From Bdellovibrionota bacterium FG-1 (lineage in GTDB: Bacteria > Bdellovibrionota > UBA1018), in the NCBI GenBank assembly GCA_051382295.1, contig JBBCAW010000112.1, positions 1 through 51,684 of the forward strand: 51,684 bases of DNA, in the 5' to 3' direction. Under the pieces are notes generated by a model, which searched no databases, was not told the origin of the DNA, and saw only the letters and a program-made list of their open reading frames with translations. Below are positions 38,133 to 47,068 of the stretch, one piece after another. Numbering within the stretch: position 1 is the stretch's first letter; the number at the start of each line of letters is the position of its first letter. A program made the position numbers and the translations under genes.

Positions 38133-38211
38133 ATACCGCACCTTCGAGCAAGTTGTAGCCAATCGTGAACCAAGAAAGAAAAATTGCGCGGCGGACAAGG
38201 GCGGATTTCAT
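38133..38211 (-). pseudogene. N-terminal fragment of a CDF-like cation transporter, cut by the left mini-element
   Basis: Manual translation MKSALVRRAIFLSWFTIGYNLLEGAV; the stop codon is supplied by the element end. Confidence 0.65.
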
Positions 38212-38301
38212 CTCGATTTTAAGGGTAGCACGCGGGAGCCAAGATAATCCAAATTATGATGGCGATAATGTTGATTGGCGGGAACATATCCCTCCGCCAT
38301 T

Positions 38302-40581
38302 CTACCCCTTACCCAATCGTCCCTGACCGTCCATCGCCGCAATCGTCGCCATATTAACTACCTCGGTGACGGTTGAGTTCTGAGCCAAGACGTAAATCGG
38401 TTTCTTCATCCCGAGCAGGATGGGTCCGATGATTTCAGCTTTTCCCAGCTTTCCAAGGAGCTTGTAAGCGATGTTCGCCGATTGCAGGTCGGGAAAAATT
38501 AGAATGTTGGCGTTACCGGGAACCTGATTGAAGGGAAAACTGCTTATGGAAATTTCAGGGTCAAGCGCCGTGTCTACCTGCATCTCGCCGTCCACCACGA
38601 GTTCGGGATGCGCTTGGCGGAGCATGTCTGTCGCAGTCCTCACTTTTTTGGCAAGGGCATGGTCGTTCGATCCGAAATTCGAGAACGAAAGCATCGCTAT
38701 TCGGGGAGCGTCCATCATGAACTGCGACGCGAAGCTCGCGGTCTGAGCGGCGATCTGCGAGAGTTCTACCGCCGATGGGTCGATGTTGACTGTGGTATCA
38801 GCAAACCAGAGTATCCGCTTCTTGAGGATCACGAGGTAGACCCCGACCAGCTTCGACTCAGGCAAGACTCCGACCGTCTGAATCGCTGGGCGAATAGTCT
38901 CGGGGTAGCTTTGCGATACACCGTTGAGTAGGGCGTCGGCATCACCCATCTCAACCATCATCGGACCAAAGTAATTATTGCGCTGAATAAGCTCTCGCGC
39001 ACGAGTCAAGGTCACGCCCCTCCTTGCCCGAATCTTGACAAGACGTTCCGCATAGGTTTGCAGTCGCTCACTTGTTGACGGTTGAATGATCGGGACATCT
39101 CCCAGCGCATCTCCAAGTTCTAGCTCCTGAATCCGCCGTCGAATCTGACCCTCATCCCCAAGAAGGATGGGGTCTGCGATCTTTTCTTCCCGAAGGATTT
39201 GAGCCGCTCTCAAGATAGTCGGATTATCCCCTTCGGGGAAGACCAGCCGGTACGGATGACTGCGAACGGGAGAGTCCTTCAGCTTGTTTTTCACGTTTCG
39301 CATGAATGTGTAGCTCGACCCCAGCAAGCTCTCTAGCTGCTCTCGGTAGCGGTCGAGATCAAGTTTCCTTCGGGCAACGCCTGTCTTCATCGCGGCTTCA
39401 GCGACAGCCGGGGCGACCCACAGCAAAGCTCGTTGATCGAAGGGCTTTGGAATCAGGTACTCCCTACCGAAGTGAAACCGCTGTCCACCGTAGGCGCGAA
39501 CAACATTCTCAGGCATTTCTTGTTTAGCAAGTTGTGCAATCGCCCGAACAGCGGCGAGCTTCATTTCTTCATTGATCGTTGTCGCTCTTGAGTCGAGTGC
39601 GCCCCGAAAGATAAAGGGAAAACAAAGCACATTGTTTACCTGATTGGGGTAATCCGAGCGCCCTGTCGCCATGATCGCATCTTTTCTAACGGCGAGCACT
39701 TCCTCCGGCAACACTTCGGGATCGGGGTTTGCCATCGCAAAGATGATCGGGTCACGAGCCATCTTCCGAATCATCTCGCCGCTCAAGGCACCTTTGGCAG
39801 ATAATCCAACCACGGCGTCAGCCCCTTCCAGGGCTTGTTGAAGTGTCCGAAGTGGGGTGCTCCGAGCGAATGCGTTCTTGTACGGATTCATGCTCGCGGT
39901 GCGCCCCTCGTATATTACTCCATCGAGGTCGGTCATGATGAGGTTTTCCCGGCGAATACCGAGTTGCAGGAACATCTTCGCAGACGAGATGCACGCAGCA
40001 CCGCCGCCGACAAATACGCATTTCGCGTCTTCGATTCGTTTGCCGACGACCTCAAGCGCGTTAAGAAACGCAGCGCCGCAGATGATCGCTGTGCCGTGTT
40101 GGTCGTCATGGAAGACTGGAATCTTGAGGCGCTTTTTGAGTTCTTCTTCGATGTGGAAACACTCGGGAGCCTTGATGTCTTCCAAGTTGATTCCGCCGAA
40201 GGTCGGTTCCAATGCTTGACATACGCGGATCACATCATCGGCGCTCGGAGCATTGAGTTCGAGATCAAATACGTCGATGTCGGCGAACTTCTTGAACAGT
40301 ACCGCCTTGCCTTCCATCACAGGCTTCGCAGCGTAAGGACCGATATTGCCAAGCCCGAGCACTGCCGTTCCGTTTGAAATTACCGCAACGAGGTTTCCCT
40401 TAGCGGTGTATTCATAGATCAAGTCTTCTTTTTCAGCGATCATCCGGCAAGGTTCGGCGACGCCTGGAGAATACGCGAGGGACAGATCGTTTTGGGTGGA
40501 AACAGACTTCGAGGGAATGACCTCGATTTTTCCTTTTCGCCCCTTGGAGTGATATTCGATGGACTGCTTGTAGATGCTCAT
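38302..40581 (-). CDS. maeB: NADP-dependent malic enzyme with phosphotransacetylase-like domain
   Basis: DLSLAYSPGVA, NGTAVLGLG, GGINLEDIKAPECF, FHDDQHGTA, ATGRSDYPNQVNN and a C-terminal PTA domain; 759 aa. Confidence 0.96.
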   Translation of the reverse strand: MSIYKQSIEYHSKGRKGKIEVIPSKSVSTQNDLSLAYSPGVAEPCRMIAEKEDLIYEYTAKGNLVAVISNGTAVLGLGNIGPYAAKPVMEGKAVLFKKFADIDVFDLELNAPSADDVIRVCQALEPTFGGINLEDIKAPECFHIEEELKKRLKIPVFHDDQHGTAIICGAAFLNALEVVGKRIEDAKCVFVGGGAACISSAKMFLQLGIRRENLIMTDLDGVIYEGRTASMNPYKNAFARSTPLRTLQQALEGADAVVGLSAKGALSGEMIRKMARDPIIFAMANPDPEVLPEEVLAVRKDAIMATGRSDYPNQVNNVLCFPFIFRGALDSRATTINEEMKLAAVRAIAQLAKQEMPENVVRAYGGQRFHFGREYLIPKPFDQRALLWVAPAVAEAAMKTGVARRKLDLDRYREQLESLLGSSYTFMRNVKNKLKDSPVRSHPYRLVFPEGDNPTILRAAQILREEKIADPILLGDEGQIRRRIQELELGDALGDVPIIQPSTSERLQTYAERLVKIRARRGVTLTRARELIQRNNYFGPMMVEMGDADALLNGVSQSYPETIRPAIQTVGVLPESKLVGVYLVILKKRILWFADTTVNIDPSAVELSQIAAQTASFASQFMMDAPRIAMLSFSNFGSNDHALAKKVRTATDMLRQAHPELVVDGEMQVDTALDPEISISSFPFNQVPGNANILIFPDLQSANIAYKLLGKLGKAEIIGPILLGMKKPIYVLAQNSTVTEVVNMATIAAMDGQGRLGKG

Positions 40582-40623
40582 AGTAAATTCTCTCTCATTA
40601 CTCTCAGGGGCAAAACGCCCTGG

Positions 40624-40800
40624 TCAAGCCGACGTGCCACGATTGGGAATCCATCCTTGGGTCCATGCGAGCCAACCCATGACAAGCAGGAACGCAAAAC
40701 GTACGACAGTGAGCAAGATATAAAGCATGTAGGGGTGCTTCCACATGCTGCCTGTCCATTCGGGTTCAGATGCCGCAACTTTCTTCTTTTCAGCTTCCAT
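40624..40800 (-). CDS. 58-aa small membrane protein (below the ORF-track cutoff)
   Basis: MEAEKKKVAASEPEWTGSMWKHPYMLYILLTVVRFAFLLVMGWLAWTQGWIPNRGTSA; its ATG directly follows the upstream TGA. Confidence 0.6.
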   Translation of the reverse strand: MEAEKKKVAASEPEWTGSMWKHPYMLYILLTVVRFAFLLVMGWLAWTQGWIPNRGTSA

Positions 40801-41295
40801 TCAATTTGACCTCTGTATAGATAATTCAATTTCCAGGTAATCTCGGGCTTCCTCGACCGTTTCAAAAAAAGCGACACCGCCCTCTGTGCGCGGGGGAAAG
40901 CTCCGGCTGATTAGCTCGCTTGTCGCATCCTCCACGGGAACGACGACGAAGATCAGTTGAAGTGCTTTCGCCTTTTCCATCGCTGCCGAAAGCGCATCCC
41001 ATTCTTTGCTCACGGGGTTCAGGTGGTTATTGAGAATTAAGATGATCGCTTTGGCTTCCCGACCAGGGGATTTTGCGACCCAGCCGATAAAACTTTTGAT
41101 GTTCTCGTAAGACTGTGGCGAATCGCACGAATAGACGAATGCCCCTTTGGGTAATCTCTCACCGGACTGAGATTCGGCATAACTATCCGAAGCTGACCTT
41201 TTCTTAAAAAATCGCCCCGAACTCCAAAGGACGAGCACGATAGCAAGAGCATAGACAGGGAATAAGGGTAGCAAATGTGTCACGCCACTCACCAC
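40801..41295 (-). CDS. Membrane-anchored hypothetical protein with a possible STAS/SpoIIAA-like domain
   Basis: N-terminal TM helix; C-terminal VAFFETVEEARDYL. Confidence 0.5.
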   Translation of the reverse strand: MVSGVTHLLPLFPVYALAIVLVLWSSGRFFKKRSASDSYAESQSGERLPKGAFVYSCDSPQSYENIKSFIGWVAKSPGREAKAIILILNNHLNPVSKEWDALSAAMEKAKALQLIFVVVPVEDATSELISRSFPPRTEGGVAFFETVEEARDYLEIELSIQRSN

Positions 41296-41308
41296 TTTCT
41301 ACAGTATG

Positions 41309-42415
41309 TCATGGCTTCTCCCGTAGCCATGCGAGGACTCGTGCTTTCTCCGCCATGACATCTTTAAAACCAAGTTGAAGTAAACGCGAGGTATAGCTTT
41401 TTTCAAAAGCGAGATAGCTCAGGAGATCAGAACCATGATGCTCAGAAGCGCCAAGCCCCCGAAGAAAATGCCTGAGCACCCACGAGAAGCGCCTGAATTC
41501 ATCGACCGCAAGACGCCCCAAATCCTGCGATGGTCGGATCGCCAAGACGGGAATTCTGCGCAACTTCTCTGGGTGTTCCCGACGGTCCTCATCTGTTAAA
41601 AGGCTTAAAGTTTGATTTATCCTCATCATGCGCTCAAGATCGGAGTCCAGCGCATCCATGAACAGTGCGTTCAGCAGCACACCCGAAATATCTGCCAACT
41701 GCACCGAGCGCATCCGAAACGACTGATTCAACTCAAATGTTTCAATCGGGCTTCGGTGATACCGAACGCCAATGGCAATCACCTTGCTAGAACCCAGATG
41801 GATAGCAGGACTCAAAGGCGAGGTCATTCGCACGGCTCCGTCGCCATAATACGCGCCCTGAATCTTGATGGGTGGAAAGAGCAACGGAATCGCTGAAGAT
41901 GCAAGGACGTGCTTCAGGGTGAGGTTGGTACGCTTGCCTATACGATGGCTTCTCATCCAGGGCTGAAGGCTGGGCACGCCGTCGAAAAAAGTAACCGTAC
42001 TCCCAGTGCCGTAGTGTGTTGTGGTCATGGCGACGCCGTGGAGAAGTCCCGATTCGATGTGACGCTGGATTTGTCTAAAGTCTAATTTCTTGAGAAGATA
42101 ACGGACGAGTGGTGCTGTGCTAAGTAACTGCGTAGTTGGACGAGCGTTAAATATCCCGCCAAGTCCGAGTTGAAGAATGAGTTTAGATGCTGTTCCGAAA
42201 ATTCGGGCGCTACTTGCTTCCATCACGTCATCGAGCTTTATCTCATTCCAACTGCTCCATAGGTCTTGGAGTGCGTCAGGCATTTGATTCGCCCGTGAAG
42301 CCAAGTATGCTCCGTTGATGGCTCCGCCAGAAATACCGCAAATGATCTGAAACGCGGAACGCGCACCGCCTCCCGAGAGAACTAGACCGACCTTTTCCGT
42401 GCCCTTACGGTCCAT
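41309..42415 (-). CDS. Patatin-like phospholipase with an apparent in-frame internal deletion
   Basis: LVLSGGGAR, GISGG (GxSxG), ASSAIP and DGA motifs. The GGGxR and GxSxG motifs are abnormally close. Confidence 0.8.
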   Translation of the reverse strand: MDRKGTEKVGLVLSGGGARSAFQIICGISGGAINGAYLASRANQMPDALQDLWSSWNEIKLDDVMEASSARIFGTASKLILQLGLGGIFNARPTTQLLSTAPLVRYLLKKLDFRQIQRHIESGLLHGVAMTTTHYGTGSTVTFFDGVPSLQPWMRSHRIGKRTNLTLKHVLASSAIPLLFPPIKIQGAYYGDGAVRMTSPLSPAIHLGSSKVIAIGVRYHRSPIETFELNQSFRMRSVQLADISGVLLNALFMDALDSDLERMMRINQTLSLLTDEDRREHPEKLRRIPVLAIRPSQDLGRLAVDEFRRFSWVLRHFLRGLGASEHHGSDLLSYLAFEKSYTSRLLQLGFKDVMAEKARVLAWLREKP

Positions 42416-42650
42416 CACTACCTCGGTGTTCGTCGACGAGTTTATGAACGTCCTCGAAATCCTCGACTTTGTAGCGAGTACCGAGAGCCTTGTTAACCGC
42501 GTCCAAAAACTCTCGCGTGATCGGAGCGCGTACCTCAATCCAATTCAGTTGCCCCGCATACATCTGTGGCGTTCCATTTACCATCGGGCAGCGATGAAGC
42601 TCGCCGTACATCACAGCGACGACGCAACTAAACTCCGGCAAAATCTTCAT
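42405..42650 (-). CDS. Small hypothetical protein
   Basis: ATG 42650 overlaps the upstream stop (ATGA) and has SD GGAGGG; 81 aa. Confidence 0.55.
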   Translation of the reverse strand: MKILPEFSCVVAVMYGELHRCPMVNGTPQMYAGQLNWIEVRAPITREFLDAVNKALGTRYKVEDFEDVHKLVDEHRGSDGP

Positions 42651-43369
42651 CTCCCCTCCGTTCCCTGTGTCGAGGTCAACATGGACGTATTGGAGTCCAT
42701 GAGCGACCTTCTCAACGTCACAGCGGCGACGAAAACATTCTTTACGGTGAGAATGACTCCATCCGTGTGCTGCCACAGCCATCTTCTTGCGCTATCGGGG
42801 GTTGGAAACAGACGGAACTCCGAACGATTTTCTCGGAGGCATTTCGCAATATTTTTGCGTGATGGGAAGGAAATGACCGCCTGATCGGGTTGAAGCGCAA
42901 ACGCCTGATCGAACCCAAACCGAAGATGCACGGCTACCGGGTCGTCTGGACAGCGATATTCAATGCCGATTTTAGTGAGAAGAAGCGTCGGAACAACGAT
43001 GGCATCCAAGCCCGACTGCGCGTAGATGCGGCACTTCTCGCTATCCATCGGATAGGAAGTTTCTTGGAGCGTCAGCCCTGCTGTTGCAATGATGTTCTCC
43101 GCGCTATCTCGTTCAACCCCAGGAAGTTTACTCAGAAGATCGTCCAGCTTCTCGCGGGAATATCCCAGGCGTCGGGAGATAAGATCGAGGGATAGTGATT
43201 CGCCCTCGGCTAACCAATAGAGCAGGTTGAAAAGCAGGTGCTTCTCAAGTGGATCACGCGGAAAGTAAGCGATCAGGTGCTTAGAGAGTTCGGAGGCATT
43301 CACGCGCTTGACCTCCCCCTTGTGGACAACCGCTTTCAAGATGAGGATTTCGGCTACGTTTTTCGCCAC
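42647..43369 (-). CDS. Organomercurial lyase MerB-like protein lacking the catalytic cysteines
   Basis: LAEGESLS...ENIIATAGLTLQETSY...IYAQSGLDAIVVPTLL...RCP aligns by eye with MerB LAKGRPVS...GNIIGYGLTLRETSY...LYAWCALDTLIFPAL...HCA. Confidence 0.72.
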   Translation of the reverse strand: MAKNVAEILILKAVVHKGEVKRVNASELSKHLIAYFPRDPLEKHLLFNLLYWLAEGESLSLDLISRRLGYSREKLDDLLSKLPGVERDSAENIIATAGLTLQETSYPMDSEKCRIYAQSGLDAIVVPTLLLTKIGIEYRCPDDPVAVHLRFGFDQAFALQPDQAVISFPSRKNIAKCLRENRSEFRLFPTPDSARRWLWQHTDGVILTVKNVFVAAVTLRRSLMDSNTSMLTSTQGTEGR

Positions 43370-43468
43370 GACGAACGCCTCCGTTCGACTTTGACATATA
43401 GAGTAGCGATAAGATCAAGACGATGATCCCGAACCAGAGGATTTTCGGTCCCGTGGCGCTGCCTGACC

Positions 43469-43681
43469 TCATGATGACTTTGCTCCTGATCCGCTTTTAT
43501 GGTGGTCTGGCGGAAGGAAATCTTTGTGATGCGCGATAAATCGTTTGAGTGCTGTATTTGCCAGTTCCGAAACGGAGATGTGGCTATAGGACTCCATTGC
43601 CTTCAGTGTTGTGACCACCTGGGTTTCTAGCGTGACGGTGAGCTTCTTTGTCTTCCCTTTTAGGGGGTAATCGTCACGCAT
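43469..43681 (-). CDS. Small ribbon-helix-helix-like protein
   Basis: KKLTVTLE strand followed by helices ..SVSELANTALKRFI. Confidence 0.55.
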   Translation of the reverse strand: MRDDYPLKGKTKKLTVTLETQVVTTLKAMESYSHISVSELANTALKRFIAHHKDFLPPDHHKSGSGAKSS

Positions 43682-43703
43682 CTTGAGTCATCCCAGTTTC
43701 TAA

Positions 43704-44522
43704 TCATTGCTGTTTCACCATGCTGGTACTTTGAACGACCAGAATACGTTTGCAGTTCGGGCATTGTTCAATCGCTTTCGAGCGAGAAAGTTCATTTACG
43801 AACTGAGCCGGGAGAATCATATTGCATCCCGCACAGGAACTTCCGCACACCTGGACCACGGCAATCCCGCCCCGTGCTCCCGCGATTCTCTGGTAGGAAA
43901 ATAGGTATTTTGGCGGGATGAGGCACTGAATGGGCGCTTTTTGCGCTTCAACCTCTTGCACCGCCGACTCGATCTCCTTGTCCCTGACTTTCTTGAGAGC
44001 AGAAGAATTCTCAATTTCAGATTCAAGGGCTACACGTCTGTTCTCAAGGTCCGTGAGGCTGGCGCTAACTGTTACGGCGTCCGTCCTGATGCTCACTTCT
44101 TTCAGTTCCAGGCTTTCCTTAAATTTCTTGAGTTGGTCGATTTCTTTGATCGTCGCCTGAAAGACCTCAGGACTCTTAATGTCCTTCACTGCGGACTCGG
44201 CTTTCATGAGGCGTTGACGACAGGATTCCAAGGATGCGTTCGTCTGACCCCTGCTTAAACGCAGATCATCGAGCACCTTCTTCTTTTCCTGCTCCTGAAG
44301 TCGAATTCGAGCGAGTTCCTCTTGCTTGGCTTTGAGATCGGGAATGAAAAGCGCAGCTTCACGAAGGGCGATGATTTTTCGATCAAGTCCCTGAAGTTGC
44401 CAAAGGTGTTCTAAAATTACTTTCACAGAACTCAAAGACACCCCCTTATGTTCACGGCTCGCCTCCCGATGAGGGCGGCACTGGCGCGTGCTTAAATCGA
44501 AAATAGTTGCCTCCGTACTCAT
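43704..44522 (-). CDS. Coiled-coil protein with C4-type zinc ribbon (DUF164/CT398-like)
   Basis: LWQLQGLD, long coiled coil, CAGCNMILP...CPNCKRIL. Confidence 0.85.
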   Translation of the reverse strand: MSTEATIFDLSTRQCRPHREASREHKGVSLSSVKVILEHLWQLQGLDRKIIALREAALFIPDLKAKQEELARIRLQEQEKKKVLDDLRLSRGQTNASLESCRQRLMKAESAVKDIKSPEVFQATIKEIDQLKKFKESLELKEVSIRTDAVTVSASLTDLENRRVALESEIENSSALKKVRDKEIESAVQEVEAQKAPIQCLIPPKYLFSYQRIAGARGGIAVVQVCGSSCAGCNMILPAQFVNELSRSKAIEQCPNCKRILVVQSTSMVKQQ

Positions 44523-44926
44523 GCGACCGCCTCCAATTCGCTCAGTGCCTTCTGTACGCGACGAGCGACGAAAAAAACGTCAAACGCGGACATAAACCGT
44601 ACCCCTGGCATCCCTCGAAGAATGACTAGGCGGTGGTCCTGAGCGGAAGCGTTTGAAAATACAAAAATGGGAACCTGTGGAAAACGTGTGCGGACATCTC
44701 GGACAATGTTGCACCCTCCCAACGCCGAAAGCGCCAAATCGAGGTCGGTGATAAGAGCATCAAACGTCTGTGTAGAGCGAGCAAAAGTCAGCGCGTCCTC
44801 CGCATTGGAGAAGACGCAGACTCGAAACATTTGACCCAATGCGTTTTCCATCCAAAGGCGCAGAAGTGACGGGTCATAAACGAGAACAGCTAGAGGTTTT
44901 TCTTGCTCGTTTCTTGAGACTTTCAC
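44519..44926 (-). CDS. Single-domain response-regulator-like receiver (atypical)
   Basis: FDALITDLDL...PQVPIFVFS; conserved Lys not evident. Confidence 0.65.
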   Translation of the reverse strand: MKVSRNEQEKPLAVLVYDPSLLRLWMENALGQMFRVCVFSNAEDALTFARSTQTFDALITDLDLALSALGGCNIVRDVRTRFPQVPIFVFSNASAQDHRLVILRGMPGVRFMSAFDVFFVARRVQKALSELEAVA

Positions 44927-44948
44927 GGCACTCCCAGCAGGAAAACTA

Positions 44949-44999
44949 TTGATTTTGTCTTCCCTTTATTGGTATCATTTATTGCAACTGATTGCAATA
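44949..44999 (+). promoter_or_regulatory. Putative promoter with palindromic operator (Fur-family-like box)
   Basis: TTGATT-18 bp-TATCAT followed by TATTGCAA-CTGA-TTGCAATA (44980-44999). Confidence 0.55.
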
Positions 45000-45092
45000 G
45001 CGACCCGTGGCTTTAAGGCAAATGTCTTTACCACCACGACCGCAAGAAGTAATGGGAACGAACTCTTGCGACAACTTGTTTGGGAAATTGAG

Positions 45093-45809
45093 ATGGAGAT
45101 AGAAGCCCTGCAAAGAAAGCTCATTCCAGAGGAAAAAAAGACAGAGAGAATCAAAAAGCTCGTTGAAGACCTGCGCGGTGGGAGAAAGGTAACTGACTTC
45201 CGATTCGATCAGATTTATCCCTCGGCGATTCGCAAACTCTCCGAAACGCATTGGACGCCCGTTGAGGTCGCCATTCGAGCGGCTGAACTTTTGGTCACGA
45301 GCGGAAAGTCGCGGGTATTGGACGTGGGCGCGGGGTGTGGAAAATTCTGTACGGTTGCCGCGCTTTCGAGTCACGGGCACTTCATTGGAATCGAGCAGCG
45401 CCCTCACTTGTCTGAGGTCGCTCGTAAGACGGCTGAAGAACTTGGGGCAAATCAAGCGTCTTTCATTCAAGGGAACATGGCAGACTTAGATTGGTCGTTT
45501 TTCGATTCCTTTTACCTGTTCAATCCCTTTTACGAGAACAAGATGAAGTCGATTCGGATTGACGAAACCGTGTCCCATAACCAGGATAAATTTAATCGGT
45601 ACATCGAGATCGTGCAAACCAAGCTCCGGGTCGCTCGCCCTGGTACGCAAGTAGCGACTTATCATGGTTTCGGGGGAGATATGCCCGTAGGCTACCACCG
45701 CATGAAGCGGGAGCCGATTGGCACAAGCTATCTTGAGTTGTGGGTTAAGCTCGACTTGCCGAAACCCGTTCTGAAAAGAACCAGTGAAAGACCCTCGGCG
45801 GTAGTATAG
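45093..45809 (+). CDS. Class I SAM-dependent methyltransferase
   Basis: HWTP, VLDVGAGCGKF, GIEQR and YLFNPF motifs. Confidence 0.82.
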   Translation: MEIEALQRKLIPEEKKTERIKKLVEDLRGGRKVTDFRFDQIYPSAIRKLSETHWTPVEVAIRAAELLVTSGKSRVLDVGAGCGKFCTVAALSSHGHFIGIEQRPHLSEVARKTAEELGANQASFIQGNMADLDWSFFDSFYLFNPFYENKMKSIRIDETVSHNQDKFNRYIEIVQTKLRVARPGTQVATYHGFGGDMPVGYHRMKREPIGTSYLELWVKLDLPKPVLKRTSERPSAVV

Positions 45810-45826
45810 TTTATGGAACATTGTGA

Positions 45827-46279
45827 ATGAAAAGGCATAAGGATTTATTAGAAATTCTAAGGTCCAATAAGATGCGGATTACTCCCGCACGCCGTCTGCT
45901 TCTCCAATTCATCTTGGATAATAAGTCGCGCCAGATTTCAATGGAGGAAATTCAGGAATTCCTCGGCAAGCAACTTGTGGGCGTGGATCGTTCGAGTATT
46001 TATCGAAATGTTGATGTATTTCAAAAGCTGGACATCCTTCAAGAGCTAAACCTTCCGACCATTGGAAAGCGATACCAGTACGTCCTCGACCGCAAAGTTC
46101 ACCACTTTTACATCTGCAAAGCATGTGGAAAAGCTAATCGCGGCAACGAGGAACTGTTCAACAAAATTGAGTCGGCACTCAAGGACGTTCACGGTTTTTC
46201 CAAGGCGAACCTCTCGGTCGTGTTCTACGGACTTTGCGCCAAATGTGGGAACAACAACGGAAATGCGAAGCTGCCATGA
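45827..46279 (+). CDS. Fur family transcriptional regulator (Zur/Fur/PerR-like)
   Basis: RITPARR, SSIYRN, HHFYICKACG and FYGLCAKC. Confidence 0.9.
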   Translation: MKRHKDLLEILRSNKMRITPARRLLLQFILDNKSRQISMEEIQEFLGKQLVGVDRSSIYRNVDVFQKLDILQELNLPTIGKRYQYVLDRKVHHFYICKACGKANRGNEELFNKIESALKDVHGFSKANLSVVFYGLCAKCGNNNGNAKLP

Positions 46280-46471
46280 ATGGCGGCGCTTCTTTCTTTG
46301 TCAGACTCTCACGCGCCCTTAGCTCGAAGTGCCCTGTTTGTGGGCGGGGAAGGCTATTTGCGCAACTTCACCGAATGCATAAAGTTTCCGAGCTTCTTCT
46401 ACCTCTATCAAAGTGCGAAGTTTGCGGCTTTCGATTCGGACGGCAACCTGGATATTACTTCGGCGTTGTTA
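46276..46471 (+). pseudogene. DUF983-like gene truncated by the right mini-element
   Basis: ATGA overlap with the Fur gene; CPVCGRGRLF...CEVCGFRFGRQPGYYFG; the stop TAA lies inside the element end and the expected TM part is missing. Confidence 0.72.
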
Positions 46472-46886
46472 CGTAAATGCTCTGCCGTGCCCGTCAGAGT
46501 TCAGCTGGAATTGAGTTGACGTCTTGATATAGGGTTTTGGATGCTGGGGGAAGTTCGGCCCGAGTTTTTAATGACCGGTACATCGTGGCCCGGGAGACCC
46601 CGAGAGCGCAGCACATGTCGGCGGCGGTGTTTGCCGGGTCCGCATGCATCCGGCGGGCAAGCGCAGTTTTCTTTTTATCCATGAGGTTGGGGCGCCCGCC
46701 GCGACGACCGCGCGAACGGGCTGCGATGAGGCCGGCGCGAGTCCGCTCCTGAATCACTGAGCGTTCGAACTCCGCCAGGTACCTGACGATGATTGACTGC
46801 ATTCATGAGATTCGTTCCTCCGTGGGGAACTTGGTCTCACGGTTTTTCAACTTACGTCAGACGGGGGCGGCAGAGTCTTTACTTTG
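46472..46886 (-). mobile_element. 415-bp non-autonomous IS-derived mini-element, right inverted copy
   Basis: Reverse complement of 37718-38132; contains the same resolvase fragment (46494-46802). Confidence 0.85.
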
Positions 46887-47033
46887 CACCACGGGTGGAA
46901 CAAACTGGTGGTGGCTTGTACGTTTGGCGAACGTCATTTCAACGACTTAGCAACGTCATGATAGTTGTTCAAAACGCTTCAACCAAAGGAAAGCTCGGTC
47001 AAGCTTCTCTTTTGGTTTTAGTTAGTTAGTCCG

Positions 47034-47063
47034 TTGACAATGAATGCCCTGAAGATAGATACT
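47034..47063 (+). promoter_or_regulatory. Outward-facing sigma70-like promoter at the island right end
   Basis: TTGACA (47034-47039), 18-bp spacer, GATACT (47058-47063), ending 5 bp before the attR core. Confidence 0.5.
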
Positions 47064-47068
47064 TCTAA

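Noticed and set aside
40578..40877. 99-aa ORF upstream of maeB
   Set aside because: It overlaps the upstream gene; the 58-aa ORF at 40624-40800 fits better.
37708..46896. Target-site duplication around the mini-elements or the composite
   Set aside because: The outer flanks (CAGGCAGTTA and CACCACGGGT) and the inner flanks show no convincing direct repeat.
37587..47068. Group I intron in tRNA-Leu
   Set aside because: The insert is 9.5 kb, has genes on both strands and a 7-bp duplication, and shows no recognisable intron core. It fits DNA integration.
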